From the NCBI GenBank assembly GCA_964471475.1, contig CAYYFQ010000009.1, positions 1,337 through 65,336 of the forward strand: DNA of 64,000 nucleotides. Reading direction: 5' to 3'. The notes under the pieces are model-generated. The model ran no database searches and was not told the origin of the DNA. It saw nothing but the letters and a program-made list of their open reading frames with translations. The DNA comes from an uncultured Gammaproteobacteria bacterium (GTDB lineage: Bacteria; Pseudomonadota; Gammaproteobacteria; CAISUE01). Below are positions 21,647-30,104 of the stretch, piece after piece. Made by a program: the position numbers and the translations under genes. Position 1 is the first letter of the stretch. Each line of letters begins with the position of its first letter.

Positions 21647-21997
21647 ATGCGTCATCGTTGTAGTGGTAAAAATCTTAGCAGAACTTCTAGTCATCGTAAG
21701 GCTATGTTTAAAAATATGATGGTTTCTCTCATCACGCATGAGCGAATTTTTACTACTGTGGTGAAAGCTAAAGAGTTACGTCGTTTTATAGAGCCACTGG
21801 TTACTTTAGCTAAAACGGATAGCGTGGCTAATCGTCGTTTAGCATTTGCACGTTTGCGTGATCGAGACGCTGTCACTAAGCTTTTTAATGTGACTGCTAA
21901 AAAATATGCTGAACGCGCTGGTGGTTATACTCGAGTATTGAAAGCCAACTTTCGTCCTGGTGACAAAGCTCCAATGGCGATGATCGAATTTGTTTAA
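21647..21997 (+). CDS. rplQ: 50S ribosomal protein L17
   Basis: [24 protein letters not shown]... is canonical L17. Confidence 0.97.
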   Translation: MRHRCSGKNLSRTSSHRKAMFKNMMVSLITHERIFTTVVKAKELRRFIEPLVTLAKTDSVANRRLAFARLRDRDAVTKLFNVTAKKYAERAGGYTRVLKANFRPGDKAPMAMIEFV

Positions 21998-22023
21998 AAA
22001 CGACATACTCTAAATCAACAAAA

Positions 22024-22169
22024 AACGGTACTGTGTTCGAGTTGAACCCTAAGTTCAAAGTGGGAATTCGTATAATTTCTTTAGGCTACTTCATTGATGA
22101 AGCTGCACACCAAAATTAGGGACAATTCCCATGCTACGTAAGCATCGGCTCAAAAACAGCAGTACCGTT
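22024..22169. repeat. about 146-bp imperfect palindromic (MITE/REP-like) element in the rplQ-alaS spacer
   Basis: Outer 10-bp inverted repeat aacggtactg / cagtaccgtt. Arms also share tgggaatt and taattt blocks. Central palindrome cttca-ttga-tgaag. Confidence 0.4.
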
Positions 22170-22198
22170 CGTTTACATTCTACCACTTGAGATTGATT

Positions 22199-24937
22199 AT
22201 GAAAAGCACCGTCCTGAGGCAAAAATTTTTGGATTTTTTTGCTAAACGCGGCCATCCTATCGTGCCTTCCGCAAGCTTAATTCCTACGAATGACCCCAGC
22301 TTATTATTTACCAATGCTGGCATGGTACCCTTTAAAAATTTATTTTTAGGTTTGGAAAAGCAAAATGACAATAGCCCTCTTTTGAAACTTGCTTCTGCGA
22401 AAAAAGTTGAAGGAGGCTCGGAGCGCGGAACCGGAGTGTACATGCGAGTACATGAGGAGTCGAGCACCAAACCGACGCACAAATTTTCCACAGGAGTAGA
22501 GTTTCAAAAGAGCTCTAATAAAGCGGTTTCGGCTCAATTATGCTTGCGTGCAGGTGGAAAGCACAATGACTTAGAAAATGTAGGTTATACTGCGCGTCAT
22601 CATACACTGTTTGAAATGTTAGGTAATTTTAGCTTCGGTGATTATTTCAAGCGTGAAGCTATTCATTTTGCTTGGGATTTTTTAACCGAAGAGTTAAAGC
22701 TTCCTCAAGAAAAATTGTGGATCACGGTTTTTGACAAAGATATTGAATCCGAAAAAATTTGGCTGGAAGAAATAGGTATTGATCCTACACGTTTTTCACG
22801 AATTGGCGCTAAAGATAATTTTTGGTCAATGGGAGACACCGGTCCTTGCGGTCCATGCTCAGAAATTTTTTATGATCATGGCGAAGAGATTGTAGGTGGT
22901 CCTCCTGGTAGTAAGGAAGAAGATGGTGATCGCTATATTGAAATTTGGAATTTAGTGTTTATGCAATACAACCGATTGGCAGATGGCACTTTGGAGCCTT
23001 TACCCAAGCCTTCGGTGGATACGGGAATGGGATTAGAGCGTTTATCTGCGGTCATGCAAAAAGTGCATAATAATTATGAAACTGATTTATTTATGCCCAT
23101 TATTCAGGTTGCTGCCAATATTGCGAATATTCAAAATCTTCACCATCAATCTTTGCGTGTGATCGCAGATCACTTACGCGCCACGGCTTTCTTAATTGCT
23201 GATGGCATCCGTCCTTTAAATGAGGGGCGTGGGTATGTTTTAAGACGTATTATGCGTCGTGCCATGCGGCACGGTTATAAGTTAAATATGCCAGAAAATT
23301 TTTTTGTACAATTATTACCCGCTTTAATTGACGTGATGGGAAAAGCTTATCCACAACTCGTTACGCGTCACACCGAGATTGCTCATGTGATGAAAGTTGA
23401 AGAAGAGCAATTTATGCGCACCTTATCACAAGGTATGAAATTATTAGAACAGGCGTTTTTAGAAAAATCAGCGGTGTCCAAAAAACAATTGGCGGGCGAA
23501 ACCGTATTTAAACTTTACGACACTTATGGGTTTCCGGTAGATTTAACAGCCGATATTGCGCGCGAAAAAAATTATACTTTAGATATGGAGGGTTTTGAGA
23601 AAGCCATGGACAGGCAGCGCGAGCTGTCAAAATCTGCAAGCAAATTTGATGCGTATGCTGGCACTTTAAATTTAGCAGAACCCACGATTTTCAAAGGTTA
23701 TACCGCTTTAAATTCTCCCGCTAAGATTATTGGTATTTGGCAAGAAGGTGAAGCCTTGGTTAAGTTAAAAAAAGGCGATGCGGGTGTGATTGTTTTAAAT
23801 GAAACTACTTTTTATGCGGAATCCGGAGGTCAAATCGGCGATCAAGGATTCTTGAAGTCAGGCGGTGGAGTTTTTCGTGTAGAAAATACCCAAAAAGCAG
23901 GACAAGGTGTTGCACATATCGGTGTGATGGACTCAGGCGAATTCTCCGTGGGCGACATAGTCAATGCCGAAGTGAACGCAAGTTTACGGCAACAAACCGC
24001 ACTCAATCACTCGGCTACTCACTTATTACACAGCGCTTTACAACAAATTTTAGGCTCTCATGTTGAACAAAAAGGCTCCTTAGTGGCGTCTGATCGCTTG
24101 CGTTTTGATTTTACTCATAGCGAGCCTATGACTAGCAAACAATTGCATCAAGTAGAACAACTGGTGAACCAACAAATTCGTCAAAATCATCCCATACATA
24201 CCGAATTGATGTCTCCCAAAGAAGCAGTAGCTCAAGGAGCCAAGGCTTTATTTGGCGAAAAATATGGTGATGAAGTGCGCGTCCTCAGTATGGGAGAATT
24301 TTCTAAAGAATTATGTGGGGGCACCCACGTAACAAATACGGGAGACATTGGGCTATTTAAAATTATTGAAGAAGCGAGTGTGGCGGCGGGTGTTCGTCGT
24401 ATTGAAGCAGTAACGGGGGATGCTGCTTTAAATTTTGTACAACATCATGAAAATATTTTGCGTGATAGTGCCCAATTAATTAAAGCGAATCGAGAAAATT
24501 TTATCGAAAAATTACAACAAAATTTGCAAATGCAAAAAAATTTAGAAAAACAATTGGAACAACTTCAAGAAAAATTTGCGGTTCAAGAAGCACAAGCGTT
24601 ATGGGGCACGCATCAAACCAGCGGTGAAAAATTTTTAATTCAAGGCATACCACATAAAGATGCTAAGCAATTACGCCTTATTGCAGAAGCCTTAAAAAAT
24701 CATTTTACAGATGGAGGGTTTTTATTGGCCAGTCATCTTGATGGGCGAGTTAGTTTAGTCGCGGTGGTGGCGTCCTCATTGAGCAAAACTCTCAAAGCAG
24801 GCGAGTGGGTGAATGCGGTGGCGCAAGCAGTAGGCGGTAAAGGAGGGGGGCGCCCAGACTTTGCTCAAGCCGGAGGGCCAGAGGTGGCAAATTTTGAGAA
24901 TGCTTTGAAAATTGCAAAGGATTATGTGAACCAATGA
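22199..24937 (+). CDS. alaS: alanine--tRNA ligase carrying an in-frame 49-aa insertion from a palindromic element
   Basis: Start moved to ATG 22199 ([19 protein letters not shown]). Motifs [33 protein letters not shown] and HSATHLLH. Frame stays open through 22373-22516. Confidence 0.96.
   Translation: [912 protein letters not shown]
22373..22516 (-). mobile_element. family-A 144-bp palindromic element, copy 1 (inside alaS), flanked by AAT/AAT
   Basis: Terminal inverted repeats agccctcttttgaaac / gtttcaaaagagctct. Homologous to 51231-51374 and 57397-57540 in reverse orientation. Direct repeat AAT at 22370-22372 and 22517-22519. Confidence 0.85.
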
Positions 24938-25503
24938 CTTTGCTTATCGCTGGCACTGATGAAGCGGGGCGTGGTCCCTTAGTAGGGTCGGTAGTAGCAG
25001 GAGCCGTTATTTTAAATGCAGAGTGCCCGATTGAAGGTTTAAAAGATTCTAAACAATTAACTGCTAAAAAACGTGAAAAACTATTTGAAACGATTCAAGA
25101 GAAAGCTTTAGCGTGGGCTTGGGCTGAAGCAACGGCGGAAGAAATTGACACGATAAATATTTTGCAAGCCAGTTTATTGGCGATGAAGCGTGCAGTGGAA
25201 TTATTGCCTATCATGCCGCATGAAGTGCTAGCGGATGGCAATTTTTGTCCTCCCGTATCAATGCCTGTGCGGGCGCTTATCAAAGGTGATAAGCTGGAGC
25301 CTGCTATTTCAGCAGCCTCCATCGTGGCAAAAGTGATGCGTGATCGGCAAATGCAAGCTTTAGATGAACGATATCCTCATTATGGTTTTTCTAAACACAA
25401 AGGTTATCCTACCGCAGCGCATATTGAAGCGCTTATAAAATTTGGGCCTATACCGGAACATCGTCGCAGCTTTAGACCAGTGCAACTAACTGTGCAAAAG
25501 TGA
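24934..25503 (+). CDS. rnhB: ribonuclease HII
   Basis: 189 aa. IAGTDEAGRGPLVGSVVAGAVIL and ..DSK.L....R catalytic motifs. Confidence 0.93.
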   Translation: MTLLIAGTDEAGRGPLVGSVVAGAVILNAECPIEGLKDSKQLTAKKREKLFETIQEKALAWAWAEATAEEIDTINILQASLLAMKRAVELLPIMPHEVLADGNFCPPVSMPVRALIKGDKLEPAISAASIVAKVMRDRQMQALDERYPHYGFSKHKGYPTAAHIEALIKFGPIPEHRRSFRPVQLTVQK

Positions 25504-25521
25504 AGATAGAGTAAAAATATT

Positions 25522-27549
25522 ATGACTAGAAAAATACTGTTAACTACTGCACTTATTTACGCGAATGGCGATCTTCATCTTGGGCACTTGATTGAGCAAA
25601 TACAAGGAGATATTTGGGCACGTTTTCAGCGTCTTAGGGGTAATACTTGTTATTATATTTGTGGGAGTGATGTGCACGGCACTCCGATTATGCTGATGGC
25701 ACAGAAGCTTGGGAAAACGCCTGAAGCAATGGTGGCAGAATTTCAACAACGACAGCTTAGGGATGCTCAAGCTTTTGGTGTGGTATTTGATGCTTATGGT
25801 TCTACACATGATGAAGAAAATCAAAGCTTAGTGAATGCTATCTATCAAAAGCTTCAAAGTAATCATCTTATTTATGCAAAAAAAATAAAGCAAGCTTTTG
25901 ATGCGCAAAAGCAAATTTTTCTTCCAGATCGTTTCGTGAAAGGTGGTTGTCCACAATGTGGCGCGCCTGATCAATATGGTGATAACTGTGAAAATTGTGG
26001 GGCTACGTATTTGCCGCTTGAGTTAAAAAATCCAAAGTCAGTTTTAAGCGATACTGCGCCTATTGAAAAAGATTCTGAGCATTATTTTTTTGATTTACCA
26101 AAATTCGAAAACTTTTTAAAAACGTGGGTAAGTAATAAAAATCATGTTTCGGAAGCCGTGGCCAATAAAATGCAGGAATGGTTTACAGCCGGTTTGCAAG
26201 CATGGGATATTTCTCGTGATGCACCTTATTTTGGTTTTAAAATTCCTCACACTCAAGATAAGTATTTTTATGTGTGGGTAGATGCACCTCTGGGATACTT
26301 CTCTATTTTTAAGAAATTTTGCGAAACAAACCAACTTTCTTTTGAAGAATTTACTCAAAAAAATACCTCCACGGAAATGCATCATTTGGTCGGGAAAGAT
26401 ATTACCTATTTTCATACTTTGTTTTGGCCAGCCATGTTGGAAGGGGCGGCTTTACGTTCACCTAGCGCTGTCCATGTGCATGGGTATTTGAGTATTAATG
26501 GACAGAAAATGTCAAAATCCCGAGGGACTTTTATTACGGCGCGTCAATTTTTAGCTTATTTGCCTCCTGAAGCATTGCGATTTTATTTTGCGGCTAAATC
26601 TACCTCGGGAATGGAGGATATTGACTTAAATCTTGCTGAGTTTCGTCAAAAAGTCAATGCGGATATTGTCGGCAAGGTGGTTAATTTGGCGAGTCGAGCG
26701 GCGAGTTTTATCAATAAAAATTTTAACAATCAATTAGCAGACGCTTTGGTTGATCCAAAATTATTTACCCATTTTATGGAAATGCAGCCAGAAATTGCGA
26801 AATCTTATGAATCGCGCGATTTTTCCAAAGCGGTGCGCTTAATTATGGCGCTTGCGGATTTAGCGAACCAATTTTTTGATCAAGCTAAGCCATGGGTGCA
26901 AATCAAACAACCAGAAACTGTGATCCATGCGCATCGTTCCTGTACACAAGCCATCAATCATTTTATGCAATTGATGGTGTATTTAAAGCCTATTATGCCA
27001 GAATTAGTGAAGAAAGCAGAAGAGTTTTTAAAGATAGCACCTTTGCAATGGGAAAGTGTGAATAAAGCTTTATTACATCACGCCGTGAACTTATATCAAC
27101 CTTTATTTCAACGTATTGAGGAATCTCAAATTATGAACTTAGAGCAAGCGATGCAAACCGAAAATCAAAAGTCTACTGAAGAAAAAAATGCTGAGCACGT
27201 GCAAGAGAAGCTCGCTAAAAATTATTGCAGTATTGAAGATTTTGGTAAAGTGGAGCTACGTGTTGCGCGAATTCTTAGCGCAGAAGAAATTCCGGAGGCG
27301 GATAAATTGTTAAAACTACAATGTGATCTCGGTGAGGAAAAACCCCGCCAAATTTTTGCGGGCATTAAAAAGAGCTTTGCACCTGAAGATTTAATTGGAA
27401 AGCTCGTCATCGTAGTGGCCAATCTTGCTCCTCGTAAAATGCGCTTTGGCCTGTCGGAAGGCATGGTTATCGTTGCATCTGGTACTGATACCGGATTATT
27501 TTTAGTAGAGCCTCAAAATGGCGCAGAACCTGGAATGATAGTGAAGTAA
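25522..27549 (+). CDS. metG: methionine--tRNA ligase
   Basis: 675 aa. HLGH (HIGH) and KMSKSRG motifs, zinc knuckle CPQCG..CENCG, C-terminal tRNA-binding (EMAP-like) domain. Confidence 0.96.
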   Translation: MTRKILLTTALIYANGDLHLGHLIEQIQGDIWARFQRLRGNTCYYICGSDVHGTPIMLMAQKLGKTPEAMVAEFQQRQLRDAQAFGVVFDAYGSTHDEENQSLVNAIYQKLQSNHLIYAKKIKQAFDAQKQIFLPDRFVKGGCPQCGAPDQYGDNCENCGATYLPLELKNPKSVLSDTAPIEKDSEHYFFDLPKFENFLKTWVSNKNHVSEAVANKMQEWFTAGLQAWDISRDAPYFGFKIPHTQDKYFYVWVDAPLGYFSIFKKFCETNQLSFEEFTQKNTSTEMHHLVGKDITYFHTLFWPAMLEGAALRSPSAVHVHGYLSINGQKMSKSRGTFITARQFLAYLPPEALRFYFAAKSTSGMEDIDLNLAEFRQKVNADIVGKVVNLASRAASFINKNFNNQLADALVDPKLFTHFMEMQPEIAKSYESRDFSKAVRLIMALADLANQFFDQAKPWVQIKQPETVIHAHRSCTQAINHFMQLMVYLKPIMPELVKKAEEFLKIAPLQWESVNKALLHHAVNLYQPLFQRIEESQIMNLEQAMQTENQKSTEEKNAEHVQEKLAKNYCSIEDFGKVELRVARILSAEEIPEADKLLKLQCDLGEEKPRQIFAGIKKSFAPEDLIGKLVIVVANLAPRKMRFGLSEGMVIVASGTDTGLFLVEPQNGAEPGMIVK

Positions 27550-27626
27550 GAACTTAAATTTCCTAAAAAGAAGATAGACAAATGCTCATTAATATTGATG
27601 TTTATGCAGCTTCGTAGAGACAACCT

Positions 27627-29948
27627 CTATGAGCTTAGTGAGATCTTACATGAATTGCACTCCAAAAGTGCTTTAGTCTGAATGGTGAGCTTATGTCCCT
27701 CTCCTAAAATTTCTTGGCTTATCTTTAAACTTTCTATTAATAAAGGAAGTGTATCAGCCCATCGGCCTATCAGAGAGTAGCACCAACTTAAATTGTAAAG
27801 TAACTTTGCGTTTAATAAGTCAGGAAAAAAGTGTTCTGCTTTTAGTGTTTGTAGCCTCTTTAAAGCCTGTTCCAGCTTAGAAGCTGCCTCAAAGTAAGAG
27901 TGGTCATCCTCTTGGTCTTCTTCGTCTTCTTCTTCATGTTTTTCGCCCGCTTGGTACGCGGCTTTAGCCTCGGCTACGAGAGGGAGAATGCTTTCTAGAA
28001 GAAAGCAGCAGTTGGCATACCTTTGACTATATCTTGGATTTTCTGGTGACAACGCAACCGCTGCTGCCAGGGAGGCGTGTGCTTTTTGATATCGTGTTGA
28101 CTTGAAATACGCTACTCCTAAGTGAAAATTAAGCTGAGCTTGCAACTCGCAGTCAGAAGCAAAAGATTTACATGCTAAATTAAGTGCAGTGGTATAGGCC
28201 GAAATAGCTTCTGCAAAATTATGCTCAGCCAAAGCGTTTGTTCCTTGGCGTGAATATTCATCTATTTCTTTTATTTCTTTACGTAGATCAACAAAAACAC
28301 TTGAGCTTGATCCTTGAGCGGGAGCAGGAAGCCGAGCCTGTTTTTTTAAGCGGGTTACGATCTTAGCATAATCAGCGTTTGCGTTAACCACATTCGGGTG
28401 GCTTTCTCCACGAGTTTGCGAGAGAATGGGTAAGGCCTGTTCGTAATAAGCTTTTGCTTCTTCATACTTTTTGTCATGATGCGCTAGTAGCCATCCCAGA
28501 TGGATTTTAGTGAGCGCAATTTGATCCTGACAGTTATCTTCATCCGGAGGCAAATGTTTATAAATCGCTAAGGCATCGTTAAAATATATTTGTGCTTGTG
28601 GAAAATTCGCCTGATGAAGGCACACCTTTCCTAAGAAAAATAAAGTCTTAGCATGTTGAGGCCCCTTATTAGCATATTTTTGGTAATATTCCAGCGCTTT
28701 TATAAGTAACGCCTCAGGCTCTTCAAAATTGCTTTCACTATTCTCAAGTAAGAGAGCTGCTAGCTTTTTTCTCATATTAGCAACGTGGGGATGATCTTTT
28801 CCTAGAAGAGCTATAGCGTCGTTCAGTACCTCATCATACATTTTTTTGGCTTCTTCGAATTGTTTTTTTGCAATCCCTGATGCTGCCACATCAAAACCAA
28901 TATCGATTTTTATCGATTGCGGGTTAATTGCGTTTTGTGTTTCTACCAGCGTTAAAGCTTGCGCCAAGAGGATTTGTGCATCCCAAATGTTTTCCCCATT
29001 TTTTATTTGAATTCTGCCGAATAGGATGTTTGCTTTGGAAATTAAGTATCGAGCACGATTTGTTTGAATACCTCCATATACACGAAAAATATTATTCAGA
29101 ATCTTTATAGCCTTATCGCTTTCTCCGAGTTCGTGGAGCATTCTAGCTAGTATGAGCTTTACTTCATCAATGTCGATTTGAGAGACTTTATTTGCAATTA
29201 ATTGAGGCAATACGACATTTTCAATAAATTTTTTTGCATCGGTATATCTTTCTAACCACCCTAAAAGCTCTATAAATTGGCACTGAGCAGCTCTAGTTTC
29301 ATCATGATTTGGGCCATATTTCTCCCTTGAATAAACGAGAGAAACTTGAAAAAAAGGAAGGGCTTCTTGGTAATGATGCAGTCGATATAAGGTATCAGCT
29401 AGGAGCATTTTTAGTTTTTTTACTGTGTGATCCTGCTCACCACGCTCCTGTTCCAAAACATTAAGAATATCTCTTAGCCGCGGTTCTGCCTCTTCATAAT
29501 GTCCAAGGAGGCACAACACTTCAGCTCGCAGGAAGTGTAATTGTTTTATTGATTCATCTTGTTGAGCAGTGGGACCACTGAATGGTGCTAGAGTTTCTGT
29601 TAGTAAAGTACGTGCCTCCTCTAATCTCTTGAGTTCCATTAAGACAATTACCCATCTCGCTGTATATACACATATAGTGAAAGAATCGGAATTCTCTGCG
29701 GCTTTTATGATTGGAATGTTAGTTGCTAGATGGCGCAGTGCTTCAGGATAATAGTGTGGGTCTGAATAGCTTAATAGAACTCCTAATATGGCTGTGATAT
29801 GACATTCTAGGTGCGGAGATGTTTTTTTGCGTAGTTTTGCTTGAACGGTAGAAATAGCTGTTGTTAACTGTGCTGAATCATCGGTGTTCACCACCAAAGG
29901 TATCCCCTCTGTGGGTGAGAGGGGCAAGAAAAATGTTAATTTTGACAT
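27627..29948 (-). CDS. tetratricopeptide-repeat (KLC-like TPR) protein, effector-like orphan
   Basis: 773 aa. Many 42-aa units of the form ..A...Y..AL.I...lG..HP.... Acidic stretch HEEEDEEDQEDD. No enzymatic motif recognised. Confidence 0.75.
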   Translation of the reverse strand: MSKLTFFLPLSPTEGIPLVVNTDDSAQLTTAISTVQAKLRKKTSPHLECHITAILGVLLSYSDPHYYPEALRHLATNIPIIKAAENSDSFTICVYTARWVIVLMELKRLEEARTLLTETLAPFSGPTAQQDESIKQLHFLRAEVLCLLGHYEEAEPRLRDILNVLEQERGEQDHTVKKLKMLLADTLYRLHHYQEALPFFQVSLVYSREKYGPNHDETRAAQCQFIELLGWLERYTDAKKFIENVVLPQLIANKVSQIDIDEVKLILARMLHELGESDKAIKILNNIFRVYGGIQTNRARYLISKANILFGRIQIKNGENIWDAQILLAQALTLVETQNAINPQSIKIDIGFDVAASGIAKKQFEEAKKMYDEVLNDAIALLGKDHPHVANMRKKLAALLLENSESNFEEPEALLIKALEYYQKYANKGPQHAKTLFFLGKVCLHQANFPQAQIYFNDALAIYKHLPPDEDNCQDQIALTKIHLGWLLAHHDKKYEEAKAYYEQALPILSQTRGESHPNVVNANADYAKIVTRLKKQARLPAPAQGSSSSVFVDLRKEIKEIDEYSRQGTNALAEHNFAEAISAYTTALNLACKSFASDCELQAQLNFHLGVAYFKSTRYQKAHASLAAAVALSPENPRYSQRYANCCFLLESILPLVAEAKAAYQAGEKHEEEDEEDQEDDHSYFEAASKLEQALKRLQTLKAEHFFPDLLNAKLLYNLSWCYSLIGRWADTLPLLIESLKISQEILGEGHKLTIQTKALLECNSCKISLSS

Positions 29949-30050
29949 ATTGTTATTTTATTATTTTTTAAAGATATTGGGTATTTTAACAGAGAATATT
30001 TAATGACGCTAACATCAATGCTTGCTGGCCACGGTCTACGCATGAAAAAT

Positions 30051-30096
30051 AGACCTCTTTTAAAACGTGACCAGTTAGTTTGAAACTCTACTCCTG
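30051..30096 (+). repeat. degenerate fragment(s) of the family-A element next to the rnr stop codon
   Basis: agacctcttttaaaacg matches the copy-3 left end at 16 of 17 positions. tttgaaactctactcctg matches the copy-2 left arm. Confidence 0.6.
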
Positions 30097-30104
30097 AACT
30101 AAGA

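Noticed and set aside
22373-22516. Could the alaS insertion be an intein, a group I/II intron or an intervening sequence removed from the RNA?
   Set aside because: At 147 nt (49 aa) it is far too small for an intein and has no Cys/Ser...His-Asn splice-junction residues. It is also too small for self-splicing introns. Terminal inverted repeats, the 3-bp duplication and other dispersed copies fit a MITE/RPE-like insertion. RNA-level removal cannot be excluded from sequence alone.
22180-22537. Antisense and overlapping ORFs across family-A copies: 22180..22491(-), 22346..22537(-), 51162..51350(-), 51256..51444(+), 57286..57477(-)
   Set aside because: They exist because the element is stop-poor in several frames. 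They have no independent start or SD context and overlap well-supported genes. They are treated as a property of the repeat, not as genes.
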